Shown: positions 39,271 to 49,559 of the stretch, in pieces
Position numbering within the stretch: position 1 is the stretch's first letter
Layout: each line of letters begins with the position of its first letter
Source: Chiloscyllium plagiosum
Taxonomy: Eukaryota
Direction of reading: 5' to 3'
Assembly: GCF_004010195.1 (NCBI RefSeq)
Contig: NC_057749.1
Coordinates: forward strand, 18,454,488 to 18,518,487
DNA length: 64,000 bases
The notes under the pieces: model-generated
Databases searched by the model: none
What the model was told of the DNA's origin: nothing
What the model saw: the letters and a program-made list of their open reading frames with translations, nothing else
Position numbers and translations under genes: made by a program

Positions 39271-41109
39271 CAGATGCAATCTTATACCGAGACATGGCAA
39301 CAATTGAGATTCTTTGAAATGCTTTACATTGGATTGACAATTTTTCCCAATTTGATGGTGGGATTGGAGGTAGGAGAAGGAAAAAGCAGCCAATGACATT
39401 TCAAACTTTGAGGATGGATGTTGTCCTCAAATTAACTTGACAGTGATCACCATTAGCAGCATTTTCCTTACAGATTTGTCTTGGGGTATCTGCTGTGCAT
39501 TTTACTACCGCTGTCCCTCAGACTTGCTCACATACCTCGTCTGTTTCCCACCTGGTGGACTCGGTGCATAACACATTTTTGTGAGTTTGTGTTACCGTGT
39601 AAGCGGATTTATAGAAAGCCCTTCAAGGTCCACTAAGTAGGAAGCTTTAAATAAAGCACAGATGGAAAATGTGATGTGATTGTAGCCTTAAAGGGAAAAG
39701 TCCTCTATATAATCCCATGCTTCTTTAAAAAAAGAACGCCCATATTGTATATAGCAAACCTTGGTTTGCAGACTCCTGACTGCTACACGGTGGCGTGTAA
39801 TCTATCTGTTTTTGTATTTATAGCAGATTACAGAGATAGAACCTGATCCTAGCTCATTTACTCAGTACTGCAGTTCATTGCATCTTGTGCCGAGACATGG
39901 CAGTGACTTTAATTCTTCATCACTAAAGGGATTTTCGAGATGCCAGCTAATTCATTCCTGGAGAGAGGTGAGAGGCCGCTCCCAGTAGCCCATTTGGCAA
40001 ATCCTAAAGCATATTCTGTGTTTGTGAGTTATAATCCTGTCTGTGGTGGAAAGCACTCTGTTCATTATACCCTTAGAACTGTATGTATGTGTCAGCATTT
40101 GATTTTTTGATGCATCAGGGATTCCACATGATGAATTTTCACTTTTATTCATGTCTTCACTGTGATGTAGAATGTTTAGAAATCGCAATGCTGCACTTAG
40201 AGCCAGCCACCAACAATCTACCCAGAATTGAATTAGATTTCAGCATTGTGTTCATCTAAAATTGCACAGTTGGAGAGCAGTGAATGGAATGCACTGGGAC
40301 AATAGAAACTCACTGGAGAGCTGTAAGGAGGACACCTCGAAATACTCAGGGAAAGAGATGCATTTATCTAAGTATGCAGCATACAAACTGGAGAGTGGTG
40401 CAAGATGAAATTCATTCTGTTAGATTGATCTATCAGGTTTACATTTTATGGTAGCCCGTTGAGTGTATCTTTACCTTAACCAAAGCCATATTGAGAATGC
40501 CTTTGAAAGAGAATGCAAAGTGGTGACTTTTATGTCAATACAGGTACGTTAGAATTGTCAAACAGTTAAGGAGGAGGCTTTTTCACCCATTGTGTCCATG
40601 CTTGCAAACACAACTATCTCTTCAATTCCCTTGCAAATTATTTTCCCTTCCAATAATTATTCAATTTTCTTTTGAGGGCCTGGATTGAATCTGCCTCCTG
40701 CATACTGTCAGGCTTCACATGCAACGTCGACTTAATTTCATCACCATGCTTTTCAGTTGGTCAGACTCAAATAGCCATCTCCAGCGTCTTCCAAAGCCTG
40801 TTCTGTCCTGCTACAGGGGTTGAGATTTTGCACATGGGACGATGGTGATTAATGGAGCAACACTATTCCCAAAAATAATCTGTGTTTCACGCTGGTATAC
40901 AACTCAACTAAGAGCAGGGTTATATTTAATATTCAATTCCAACAATTATGCAATGGTCCTGCTGTAAATTTAATCCTTTCTTAAATAAGTATTTGCATAT
41001 AAGCTGTGATAAATGTTATGAGATGACACGTGGTGTTGATGTTGAGCTTCATATTTATTGTTAAAAATCGTGCTTTTAATTTAACTATGCACTAATTTAA
41101 AAACCCTGA

Positions 41110-41400
41110 GGCAGCAGTGGTCAGCACCGCTGCCTCACAGCGCCAGAGACCCGGGTTCAATTCCCGCCTCAGGCGACTGTGTGGAGTTTGCACGTTCTCC
41201 CCGTGGCTGCGTGGGTTTCCTCCGGGTGCTCCGGTTTCCTCCCACAGTCCAAAGATGTGCAGGTTAGGTGAATTGGCCATGCTAAATTGCCCATAGTGTT
41301 AGGTGAAGGGGTAAATGTAGGGGTATGGGTGGGTTGCGGGTTGGTGTGGACTTGTTGGGCCGAAGGGCCTGTTTCCACACTGTAAGTAATCTAATCTAAT
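41110..41400 (+). mobile_element. Young HE1-like V-SINE
   Basis: CpG-rich tRNA-derived head (cccgggttcaattccc), V core, taatctaatctaat tail. Confidence 0.92.
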
Positions 41401-43702
41401 ATGCATGAGTTTAGGTAATAAAGCTATCATTTGACCATATTACATGCTCTCTTTAACGATATTGAGATTTTCCTTGAATGTTAGTGAGCATTCCCTCACT
41501 AAACCAGACCAAACTGGGTTCTGTCAGCCGATGTGGATTTCAGCCAGGGTAGTGGTACAGGGGACAGTCAGGATTAACAATATCCTAATTCAGGTCAACG
41601 GAAGTAGCTGGGATTCTGCTTCCAATGAAAAGCAGAAATGCAGAGCATTGAGTGCAGTAAGGACTGGCTGGGGCTTATCTCCATGCTCGACTAGGTCAGA
41701 GTTAGTGCCTTATTCTGAAGATTAGTTAATTACTTCAGGAATGGGATGGAGGAAAGAGACTAGCAGCGCAAACATTGCTCCATTGCTTCGGCTACCAGCT
41801 TGTAGAGGTCTTCATTAAAATTACAAAGGGCTGTATTAAAGAGCAGAAGGGACATGTAACAAGAAAAGCTATCATTGCCCTTCAACCAAAAAGCCTGTTT
41901 GGAAGTGAGCATTAGGTTTAAGTTTTCTGCTAACAGGCAGCTTCTGACAGAAGTGTAAGAATTGCAGTTCATTAGACACTGATATCTAACATCAGTAATA
42001 TTGCACAGACCCTGGGAGTAGAAATAAAATTGAACTATACTCAGAATGTAAGAAATCTGGAACAACCCGCCCAGCTGCCTTTCAGCTCCCCTGATCTTGG
42101 GGATGCTGCAGGAAGTTTGTGTCACAGGACACTTCAGGGTGGAGTTTTCTATGCTCAGGGACACCTTCCTTAACCAGCTGTGAATAGGTCCACTTGAGAT
42201 ATTTTTCTGGACAGTGTACTGTTTTGAAGGGCTGTCTGACGTTTTGCAACTACATTCACTGCCTCACCAACATATTTATTATTTGACACTATCTTAGGTG
42301 TATTTAATCGCACTTAAGTTGTGGATAAAGTGCAGGAACAGAGGGGAGCAGCCATTCTCCTTAGAAATGTGAAGTAGCTTAATTGTGAAGTAGTTATCCC
42401 ACAGAGCAAAATGGAAACATTATTTTCCCAAAGTGCTACTTTCAAGGAGAAAGTGTACACTGTCCACAGCCTTCCTGAAATGGTACAGAAAAGCTATGTT
42501 CCTATGTTGAACCTGATCTTATTTCCAACAGAGGAGCTCCTCCCCATAAGAGTCATTTGAATGGTAAATGTCTCCACAGTTTCCAGTATGCTGCAACAGT
42601 TAATGTTGGACTGGCTGGTGGAGGAAGGCAAGACGCTCTCAAAAGAGAAGTACCCTGGCTAAGTCCTTAGCCCTTATAAAAGATTTTTGTTCAACAGTAC
42701 CCTCGCCCACTGTCTCTGCTTGAGGTTCATAAAGGTCAAGTGGTTCAGGAGTCACCAATCCCACTGCAGGTACAGCTGGGTGCCTGATTGCTACCTGCCA
42801 TCCGAAACCGGTTCCTGGTCATAGTGGGAAGGTGAAAGTAGTTTGTAGAAACTCCATCTCTCCCAAGACTCCCTACACACCCCTTCACATTTTCCCCTTC
42901 TATCGGGATCAATTCCTATTTTTTTCTTCAACAAAATCATATTTTGTGGGAATACAGCCGTGATCGGAATCTGCCCATATTTGGGACCTGTATCTTCTCT
43001 TCTAATGGGACTTTGTCTTATTGTGCAGACCTGCTTTCTGAATTACACTGTCTCCTTGCTGCTTAACTGGCCTGATAAAGAGTGGACAGTGCTTCACAGG
43101 ATCAAGTGGTAGTTTCTAACAGCAGTCAAGCCAGCTCGCAGCTTTTCTCAGTGCAGGCTACTATCGGAATTACAGGAGGCATCTGGTAGAACAGTCAAAG
43201 GAACTGCGCTCTTTCCCAGCTCCAGCTGCGTATTTTACTGTGAGAGATGATTGAGAGAGGGAACTGACTTTGTGGAGGATTATAGGAATGAATGTGCTGT
43301 GTATCAAAGCGGTCAGTCCCAACAAATTACTCACTTGCCCCAGTCATTGTTTTCCTAATTAGGAAGGCTTCTATTGGCTGCGTTAAAGAAAAGCCAAACT
43401 GCCTCACTTTGCTGTCACCATCTCAAAACATTGGGTGTTCAGATACATGCTTATATTAAACCCTTAAGCAGCAGCATGTTCTGCTAACATATAGTCTGGG
43501 ATTCTGTGAAGTTGCACATTGGCTTTGTGGGGAAGCTGAGCAACTTTTCATCTCTACAGGTGCCAATAAGAAGCACCTGCCATTCCATAGCTGTTTGTTT
43601 CACACGATTGACCGAGTCCAGCAGGGTCTTGGCACTTCCACCTGATTGCACTTGTTAGTGTCATTGGGACTGAATGGAATCACCGAGTGTTGTGTTTTTC
43701 AG

Positions 43703-44084
43703 GAATCTGAAAGCAGGCTGTGGTCTTACGTCTATCCGAATAAGTACTCGGAGCAACAAAAGGCAGAAGAGGAACGGTGGAAGGAGGCAGAGCGGGACCG
43801 GAAATTCAAAGAAGAAAGCTCCTCGCGACTAAGAAGCAAAGAGATAGCAGTAAAAGAGGAAAGCAAAGACAGCATGTGCTTGGAATCCCGTTCGACCTCT
43901 CTGGAAGAGTGCCGATCTGTTGGGAAAGATCCCAGATCAGGACTTCACATTCCTGTGTCCTCCTCCATGGTTCAGCACCCATCTTACATGCCATACGTCC
44001 ATGGTTATCCGTATGGGAAACCATATGAAACCCCACACCCAGGATTTCGAGGAGTGGCGCCAATGATGATGCAGAACTATCCAG
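43703..44084 (+). CDS. ZNF609: ZNF609 coding exon (382 bp), ESESRLWSYVYPNKY...MMMQNYP(G)
   Basis: Acceptor tgtttttcag ending 43702, donor CCAG|gtaaaa at 44085. Phase 0 start matches the previous exon. W-x-YVYP and MMQNYPG resemble ZNF609 rather than ZNF608 as recalled. Confidence 0.95.
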
Positions 44085-44234
44085 GTAAAAGCATGGATTT
44101 CTTTATTGCTGCAAAGAATTCTGGGTGAATTACCAAGCCAGCAGCTGATTATTAAAATCCAGAAACAATTGACTTGTAGTATCAATACTTGCTAAAACAG
44201 TAGCAAACCAGAAACACAGCTCACAAATTATTTT

Positions 44235-44592
44235 GTTTGTACATGGGATGTGGACGCCTCTGGCTCGGCCAGTATTTATTGTCCATTCCTGATGGTCCTG
44301 GAACTGAGTAGCATGCCAGGCTGTTTCAGAGGACCATTAATTTTCAACCCCATTGCTATTGATTTGGAATAACATGTAGCTCAGCTCACCTAAATACAGC
44401 AGATTTCATTCCCTAAGGGACATTTAGAACCGAATGGGATTTTATGACAATCTGTCTTTCACTTTACAATCCAGGTTTTTAATTAAATTCAGACTTCACT
44501 ATGTGCCACAGTGGGATTAAAACTCATATTACCATATTCGCCCGAAGTTCTCGATTACTGGAGTAGTAATATTGCCACTATACCATTACTGT
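44235..44592 (-). mobile_element. tRNA-headed SINE (short form), degenerate
   Basis: tgggatgtggacgcctctggctcggccagtatttattgtccattcc inverted tail and agatttcattccctaagggacatt inverted core. Confidence 0.7.
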
Positions 44593-44705
44593 CCCTTGAT
44601 TCTGGTTAATGTTTATGGTTTTGAACTACTCTCTTGATTATCAACTCTTTGGTCTCTATAACCAGTACTGCACTCTAACTCTTGGCCCCTTCTTAGAAAT
44701 TCAGT

Positions 44706-44804
44706 AGCAAATACAGAAGGTGCAGGAAAAGCTCAGCAGGTCTGGCAGCATCTGTGCAGAGAAATCAGAGTTAACGTTTCGGATCCAGTGACCCTTCCTC
44801 AGAA
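44706..44804 (-). mobile_element. 99-bp PLE terminal insertion with 14-bp TSD
   Basis: cttagaaattcagt at 44692-44705 and 44805-44818. Confidence 0.9.
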
Positions 44805-44806
44805 CT
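44769..44806 (-). ncRNA. Minimal hammerhead ribozyme motif
   Basis: Minus strand AGUU-CUGAGGA-A-GGGUC(ACUG)GAUCC-GAAAC-GUU^AACU, both stems pair. Confidence 0.72.
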
Positions 44807-45354
44807 TAGAAATTCAGTGTTTGATTCAAATGAGGTGGAGCAGAAATGAAGAGCCAGTATTCCAGCTGCATGTTTTAAGCGGATTTTGTAGGTAATGTTT
44901 CAATGGCATGGTGTCACCCAATTGCACACCCAACACTGCACAACACATAGGGATGTATAATTACAGCCTAGCATTGCTGAGTCCTTGTCCTCAGCTGCAT
45001 CACTATTGGGAGGTGCAGAGCAGATAACAGCGCATTTCAGCAAAGTCATCACTATAGTGGACCGTCCAGCATAGGAGAAGATCAGAGAGGCTTGCAGGGA
45101 AAAGAGAGTAGTAGAGACAGTCACATTAAGGGCTCACTGTGTTTGCAGCTGAGATGAATCATGAGTATCTGCCCCATCTGTGGGGGAGGGAGGGCTGAGG
45201 GAGTTATTGGGGAAGTAGGTAATATTATTGATATAAATGATGGAATGGAGATTAGTATTTGAATTTACAAACCATATCAACTTGGAAGGGAGGACACTGG
45301 GAGCAATAGGGAACATTAATTAAGTGGCTGGCCAAATGTGGAATTGATTGTAGG

Positions 45355-46925
45355 GATTGATTGTACGGAACTTGTGCGTGGAGACTGAGCAAATAGGGAA
45401 AGCCCTAAATGAGTTTTTTGCTTCGGTTTTCACTAAGGAAAGGGACCTTGTGAATGAGAATTTTGAGGAGCTGGGATCCAGGCTTGAACAGATCAAGATT
45501 GATGAAGTTGATGTGCTGGAAATTTTGGCAAACATTAAGATTGATAACATTAAGATTTACCCCAGGCTGCTCTGGGAAGTGAGAGAGGAGGTTGCTAAGC
45601 TGCTGGTGAAGATCTTTGCCTCCTCACTGACCCAGGGAGTCGTACCGGAAGATTGGAGGGAGGCGAATGTTGTTCCTCTTTTCAAGAAGGGGAATAGGGA
45701 AATTCCTGGCAATTACAGACCAGTCAGTCTTATGTCTGTAGTTAGCAAGGGTTTGGAAAGAATTCTGAGGGATAGGATTTATGACTATTTGGAAAAGCAT
45801 AGCGTAATTAAAGGCAGTCATCTTGGCTTTGTGAGGGGCAGGTCTTGCCTCACAAATCTTATTGAGTTCTTTGAGGAGGTGACAAGACAGGTCGACAAGG
45901 GTCGAGCAGTGGATGTGGTGTATATGGACTTCAGTAAGACATTTGATAGGGTTCCCCATGGTAGGTTCATTCATAAAGTCAGGAAGGATGAGATACTGGG
46001 AGATTTGGCTATCTGGGTTCAGAATTGGTTGGCTGACAGAAGGCAGAGAGTGGTTGTAGATGGAAAGTATTCTGCCAAGAGGTCAGTGGTGAGTAGTGTC
46101 CCGCAGGGCTCTGTTCTTGGGCCTCTGCTCTTTGTAGTTTTTATAAATGACTTGGATGAGGAGGTTGAGGAGTGCGTTAGTAAATTTGCAGATGACACAA
46201 AGGTTAGATGTGCTGTTGATAGTATCGAGGGCTGTTGCAGGCTGCAGCGTGATGTAGACAGGAAGCAGAACTGGGCTGAGAAATGGCAGATGGAGTTCAA
46301 CCTNNNNNNNNNNNNNNNNNNNNNNNNNNNNNNNNNNNNNNNNNNNNNNNNNNNNNNNNNNNNNNNNNNNNNNNNNNNNNNNNNNNNNNNNNNNNNNNNN
46401 NNNNNNNNNNNNNNNNNNNNNNNNNNNNNNNNNNNNNNNNNNNNNNNNNNNNNNNNNNNNNNNNNNNNNNNNNNNNNNNNNNNNNNNNNNNNNNNNNNNN
46501 NNNNNNNNNNNNNNNNNNNNNNNNNNNNNNNNNNNNNNNNNNNNNNNNNNNNNNNNNNNNNNNNNNNNNNNNNNNNNNNNNNNNNNNNNNNNNNNNNNNN
46601 NNNNNNNNNNNNNNNNNNNNNNNNNNNNNNNNNNNNNNNNNNNNNNNNNNNNNNNNNNNNNNNNNNNNNNNNNNNNNNNNNNNNNNNNNNNNNNNNNNNN
46701 NNNNNNNNNNNNNNNNNNNNNNNNNNNNNNNNNNNNNNNNNNNNNNNNNNNNNNNNNNNNNNNNNNNNNNNNNNNNNNNNNNNNNNNNNNNNNNNNNNNN
46801 NNNGACATGCACATGGAGAGCAGTGAGTGAGGGGTGTGTAGGTTAAGTTATTTTAGATTAGGAATAATCCTCGGCACAACATCGTGGGCTGAAGGGCCTG
46901 TTCTGAGCTGTACTTTTCTATGTTC
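45355..46925 (+). mobile_element. Young CR1 LINE, RT frame open up to an assembly gap
   Basis: About 315 stop-free codons (PGNYRPVSL, YMDFSKTFD, PQGSVLGPLLF, KFADDTK), 500 N, then a 3' tail ending ttctatgttcta. Confidence 0.93.
46304..46803. other. Assembly gap (500 N)
   Basis: Run of N inside a CR1. Confidence 1.
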
Positions 46926-47139
46926 TATTGTGGATCAGTGTGACATATCCACTTTGGATCTGAGAAAACTAAATCAGAGCTTATTGTAAATAGCTCAGGA
47001 TTGAAGGGAAACAGAGGTATTCGAAATTTGAACTACACGTTAAAACCAAGTAGACAGATAAAAGAATAATGGCAATTGAAAAGAAGAATGGGATTTTGAC
47101 TTTTTCTCAGACTGGAACACAGAGAGAAGGAAGTTGTAG

Positions 47140-47300
47140 TTTTTAGTTATTTGTGGGATGTGGGCATTGCTGGCTGGCCAGCATATATTGTCCATCCCTC
47201 GTTGCCCTTGAGAAGGTGGTGGTCAGCTACCTTCTTGAACCATTGCAGTCCCCCTGCTGTGGGTCGACCCCCAGTGTCATTAAGGAAGGAATTCTAGGAG
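47140..47300 (-). mobile_element. 3' tail of the 36440-38850 LINE family
   Basis: Reverse complement resembles 38730-38835 (gcccttgagaaggtggtgg..cttgaaccattgcagtcc). Confidence 0.75.
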
Positions 47301-47794
47301 TTTGAATACAGTTAAATGAAGCTCATTCTTATCCTATTCCGTCCAGTCTTGGGCACCTCAGGAAGGACACATTGGCTAGAGGGATGCAATGCAGAATCAC
47401 CAGAATCACACTGAAGCTTCAAAGATGGTATTTTGAGGACAAAGACTTGGGTTTGTTTTGTTGATATGGAGGATTGAAGTGTTTCTGATAACTAACAATT
47501 CAAAATACTTAAGTTAGAGAGGCTAGTTATAGAGAAATTATTTTCTCTGTAAACTGCGAGAGATCTTTTTAAAATAATTATTTCACGTGATGTGAGCATT
47601 GTTGGTATTCAGTTGCGTGATCTTCAATCTCCATTCACTGTGATCATGGCTTACCAGGAAATCCACTCCGTTCAACAGCTACTATAGCTCCAAATCTCTC
47701 AAAATATAAAATGGTGCTGACAAGGGCTGTGATTCCTGTGTTCCTAAGAATATATATGAACTCAGGTGGAGTGTATGCATTGTTTTTTTTTATC

Positions 47795-47896
47795 TGGAAT
47801 AGAGTCGAAGAGTGTGGTGCTGGAAAAGCACAGCCAGTCAGGCAGTATCCGAGGAGCAAGAGAATCAATGTTTCGCGCATAAACTCTTCATCAGGG
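47795..47896 (-). mobile_element. PLE terminal fragment, degenerate hammerhead
   Basis: Similar to 14161-14290, ending at cttcatcagg (CUGAUGA on minus). Confidence 0.8.
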
Positions 47897-47964
47897 AAAA
47901 ATAATCAACAGATGACCCCAAAGGCACCACTTGACTTAACACAGCTGGGTATATTATATTCTGA

Positions 47965-48611
47965 AAACAACAAACGCTGTAGGTGACAGCAGATCAGACA
48001 GCATCGATGGGAGAGTGCAAGCTCACGGTTCAAGTCTAGGTGAATCTTCACCAGAGCTGAAATGAAGTGTCAAGGGAGCAGCATTTATGCTATAGTTGGG
48101 TGAGGGGGGACGTGAGAGTAGGGAGGGGAGGTGGGAGGGAGGGGGAAAATGTTGATGGCTCAGATTAAGTGATCGGAATGTGAGAACGGCAGAACAATGG
48201 TGTGTCTAATTTGAAAGGGCAGACAGTCCACTGGGGGAGGGGAGAGAGGTTATGATAATAGGGAATGTAACAAGTAAAGGCTAAAAGAAAGGGAAGAAAT
48301 GGGAATTAGTTCACAATCTCATGGGGTTGAACTCAGTATAAAGTCCAGAAGGCTGTAAAGTGCCGAGTCTGAAAATGGGATGTTCCTCCAGCTTGCGCTG
48401 TGATTCACTGGAACACTGCAACGTGCTGAGGACAGACAGATGGGCATGCGAGCAGAGCGCTGTGTTAAAATGGCCAGCTATAGGAACATTGGGGTCATGC
48501 TTACACACAGGCCGAAGGCATTCTGCAAAGCAGTCACCCAGTCTGACCCGCTGTGATCTCCAGCATTGGTTGTTTTCATTACAGATTCCAGCATTTATAG
48601 TAATTTGCTCA
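47965..48611 (-). mobile_element. PLE GIY-YIG 3' fragment with inverted terminus and 10-bp TSD
   Basis: ORF 48311-48640 RLGDCFAE...HFN...FRLGTLQPSGL. Inverted end at about 48541-48576. tatattctga at 47955-47964 and 48612-48621. Confidence 0.85.
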
Positions 48612-48844
48612 TATATTCTGAGATCAGTGTGAGAAGTCATTGGTAACCAAGAAAAGTTTGTCCTCTCAAAAAGGAATTCATTGCAGTAATTTGTGTCCTG
48701 CCAGCTACTCTGTACAATTAAAGCTGATTTGCATGATTAAATCTGAGAGATTCAGATTAGCAGTTATACAGGCACACAAGAACAAACACAGGTCATTTAA
48801 GATCTTGAGCCTGTGCCACAATTCAGAACCATCTGCTTAAGGCA

Positions 48845-49160
48845 GCTGGGAGAATTTAAATACAATTAATTAATAAATCTGGAAGAAATGCTAGTCTCAT
48901 TACTAATCATGAAACAACCAGATTGTCAGTAAAATCCACCTATTCACGAATTTCAAATCTGCCATCCTTACCTGGTCTGGCTTATCTGAGATTCCAGACC
49001 TGTAGCAATGTGGTCGATTGTTAGCTGCCTCTGGAATTACCAAATGAGAAAGGAAAAAGCACCATGGGTTTAGTTAAATGACACGGACTGCAGTGATTCA
49101 GGAAGCTGGCTTACCACCACTACCTCAAAGGTGATAAATGCTAGCCAGTAATTCTCATGT
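48845..49160 (+). mobile_element. Intermediate derivative of the tRNA-headed family
   Basis: Core aatctgccatccttacctggtctggc...gcaatgtggtcga joined to a longer LINE tail ggactgcagtgattcaggaagctggcttaccaccac. Confidence 0.7.
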
Positions 49161-49224
49161 GAAAAGAACAGCAACAAAAACTCAGTGTACCCATCTGCGA
49201 CTCATATCCTTAATGGTGTTTTGT

Positions 49225-49425
49225 TAAGGGGTCAGTTAGCTAGATTGCTGGTCTATGATGCAGAGTAATGCCAACTCATGGGTTTAATTTCCACACGAGC
49301 TGTGGCTATGTGAAGGACTCCTTTCTCAACTACTCCCCTCACCTGAGGGATGGTGACCCTCAGGTCAAACTACCACCAGCCACCTCTCTAATGAGAGTGT
49401 GCCTCTGGATCTGTGGTAACTTTAT
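49225..49425 (+). mobile_element. Short tRNA-derived SINE with internal hairpin
   Basis: Degenerate A/B boxes (ttagctag; gggtttaatttcc) and hairpin cctgaggg-atggtga-ccctcagg. Confidence 0.55.
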
Positions 49426-49559
49426 GTATTTTATCTTTAATGCTTTTAGTTAACGGTCGCTGTTTGTGGAAGAGAGATCCAAAGTCCTCTTATGTTTTTG
49501 AGTATAGACGTGTTTCCCAATTTTATCTTAAAAGCTATTGGAGGCATAGACAGTTCCTT

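Noticed and set aside
41110..41175. tRNA-like A/B boxes (also at about 22790-22842, 36440-36502, 50820-50882)
   Set aside because: They continue into SINE bodies with no complete cloverleaf, so they are not tRNA genes.
45357..46846. 489-aa and other long ORFs crossing N runs
   Set aside because: Length is inflated by the gap, and the real part is CR1 RT, not a host gene.
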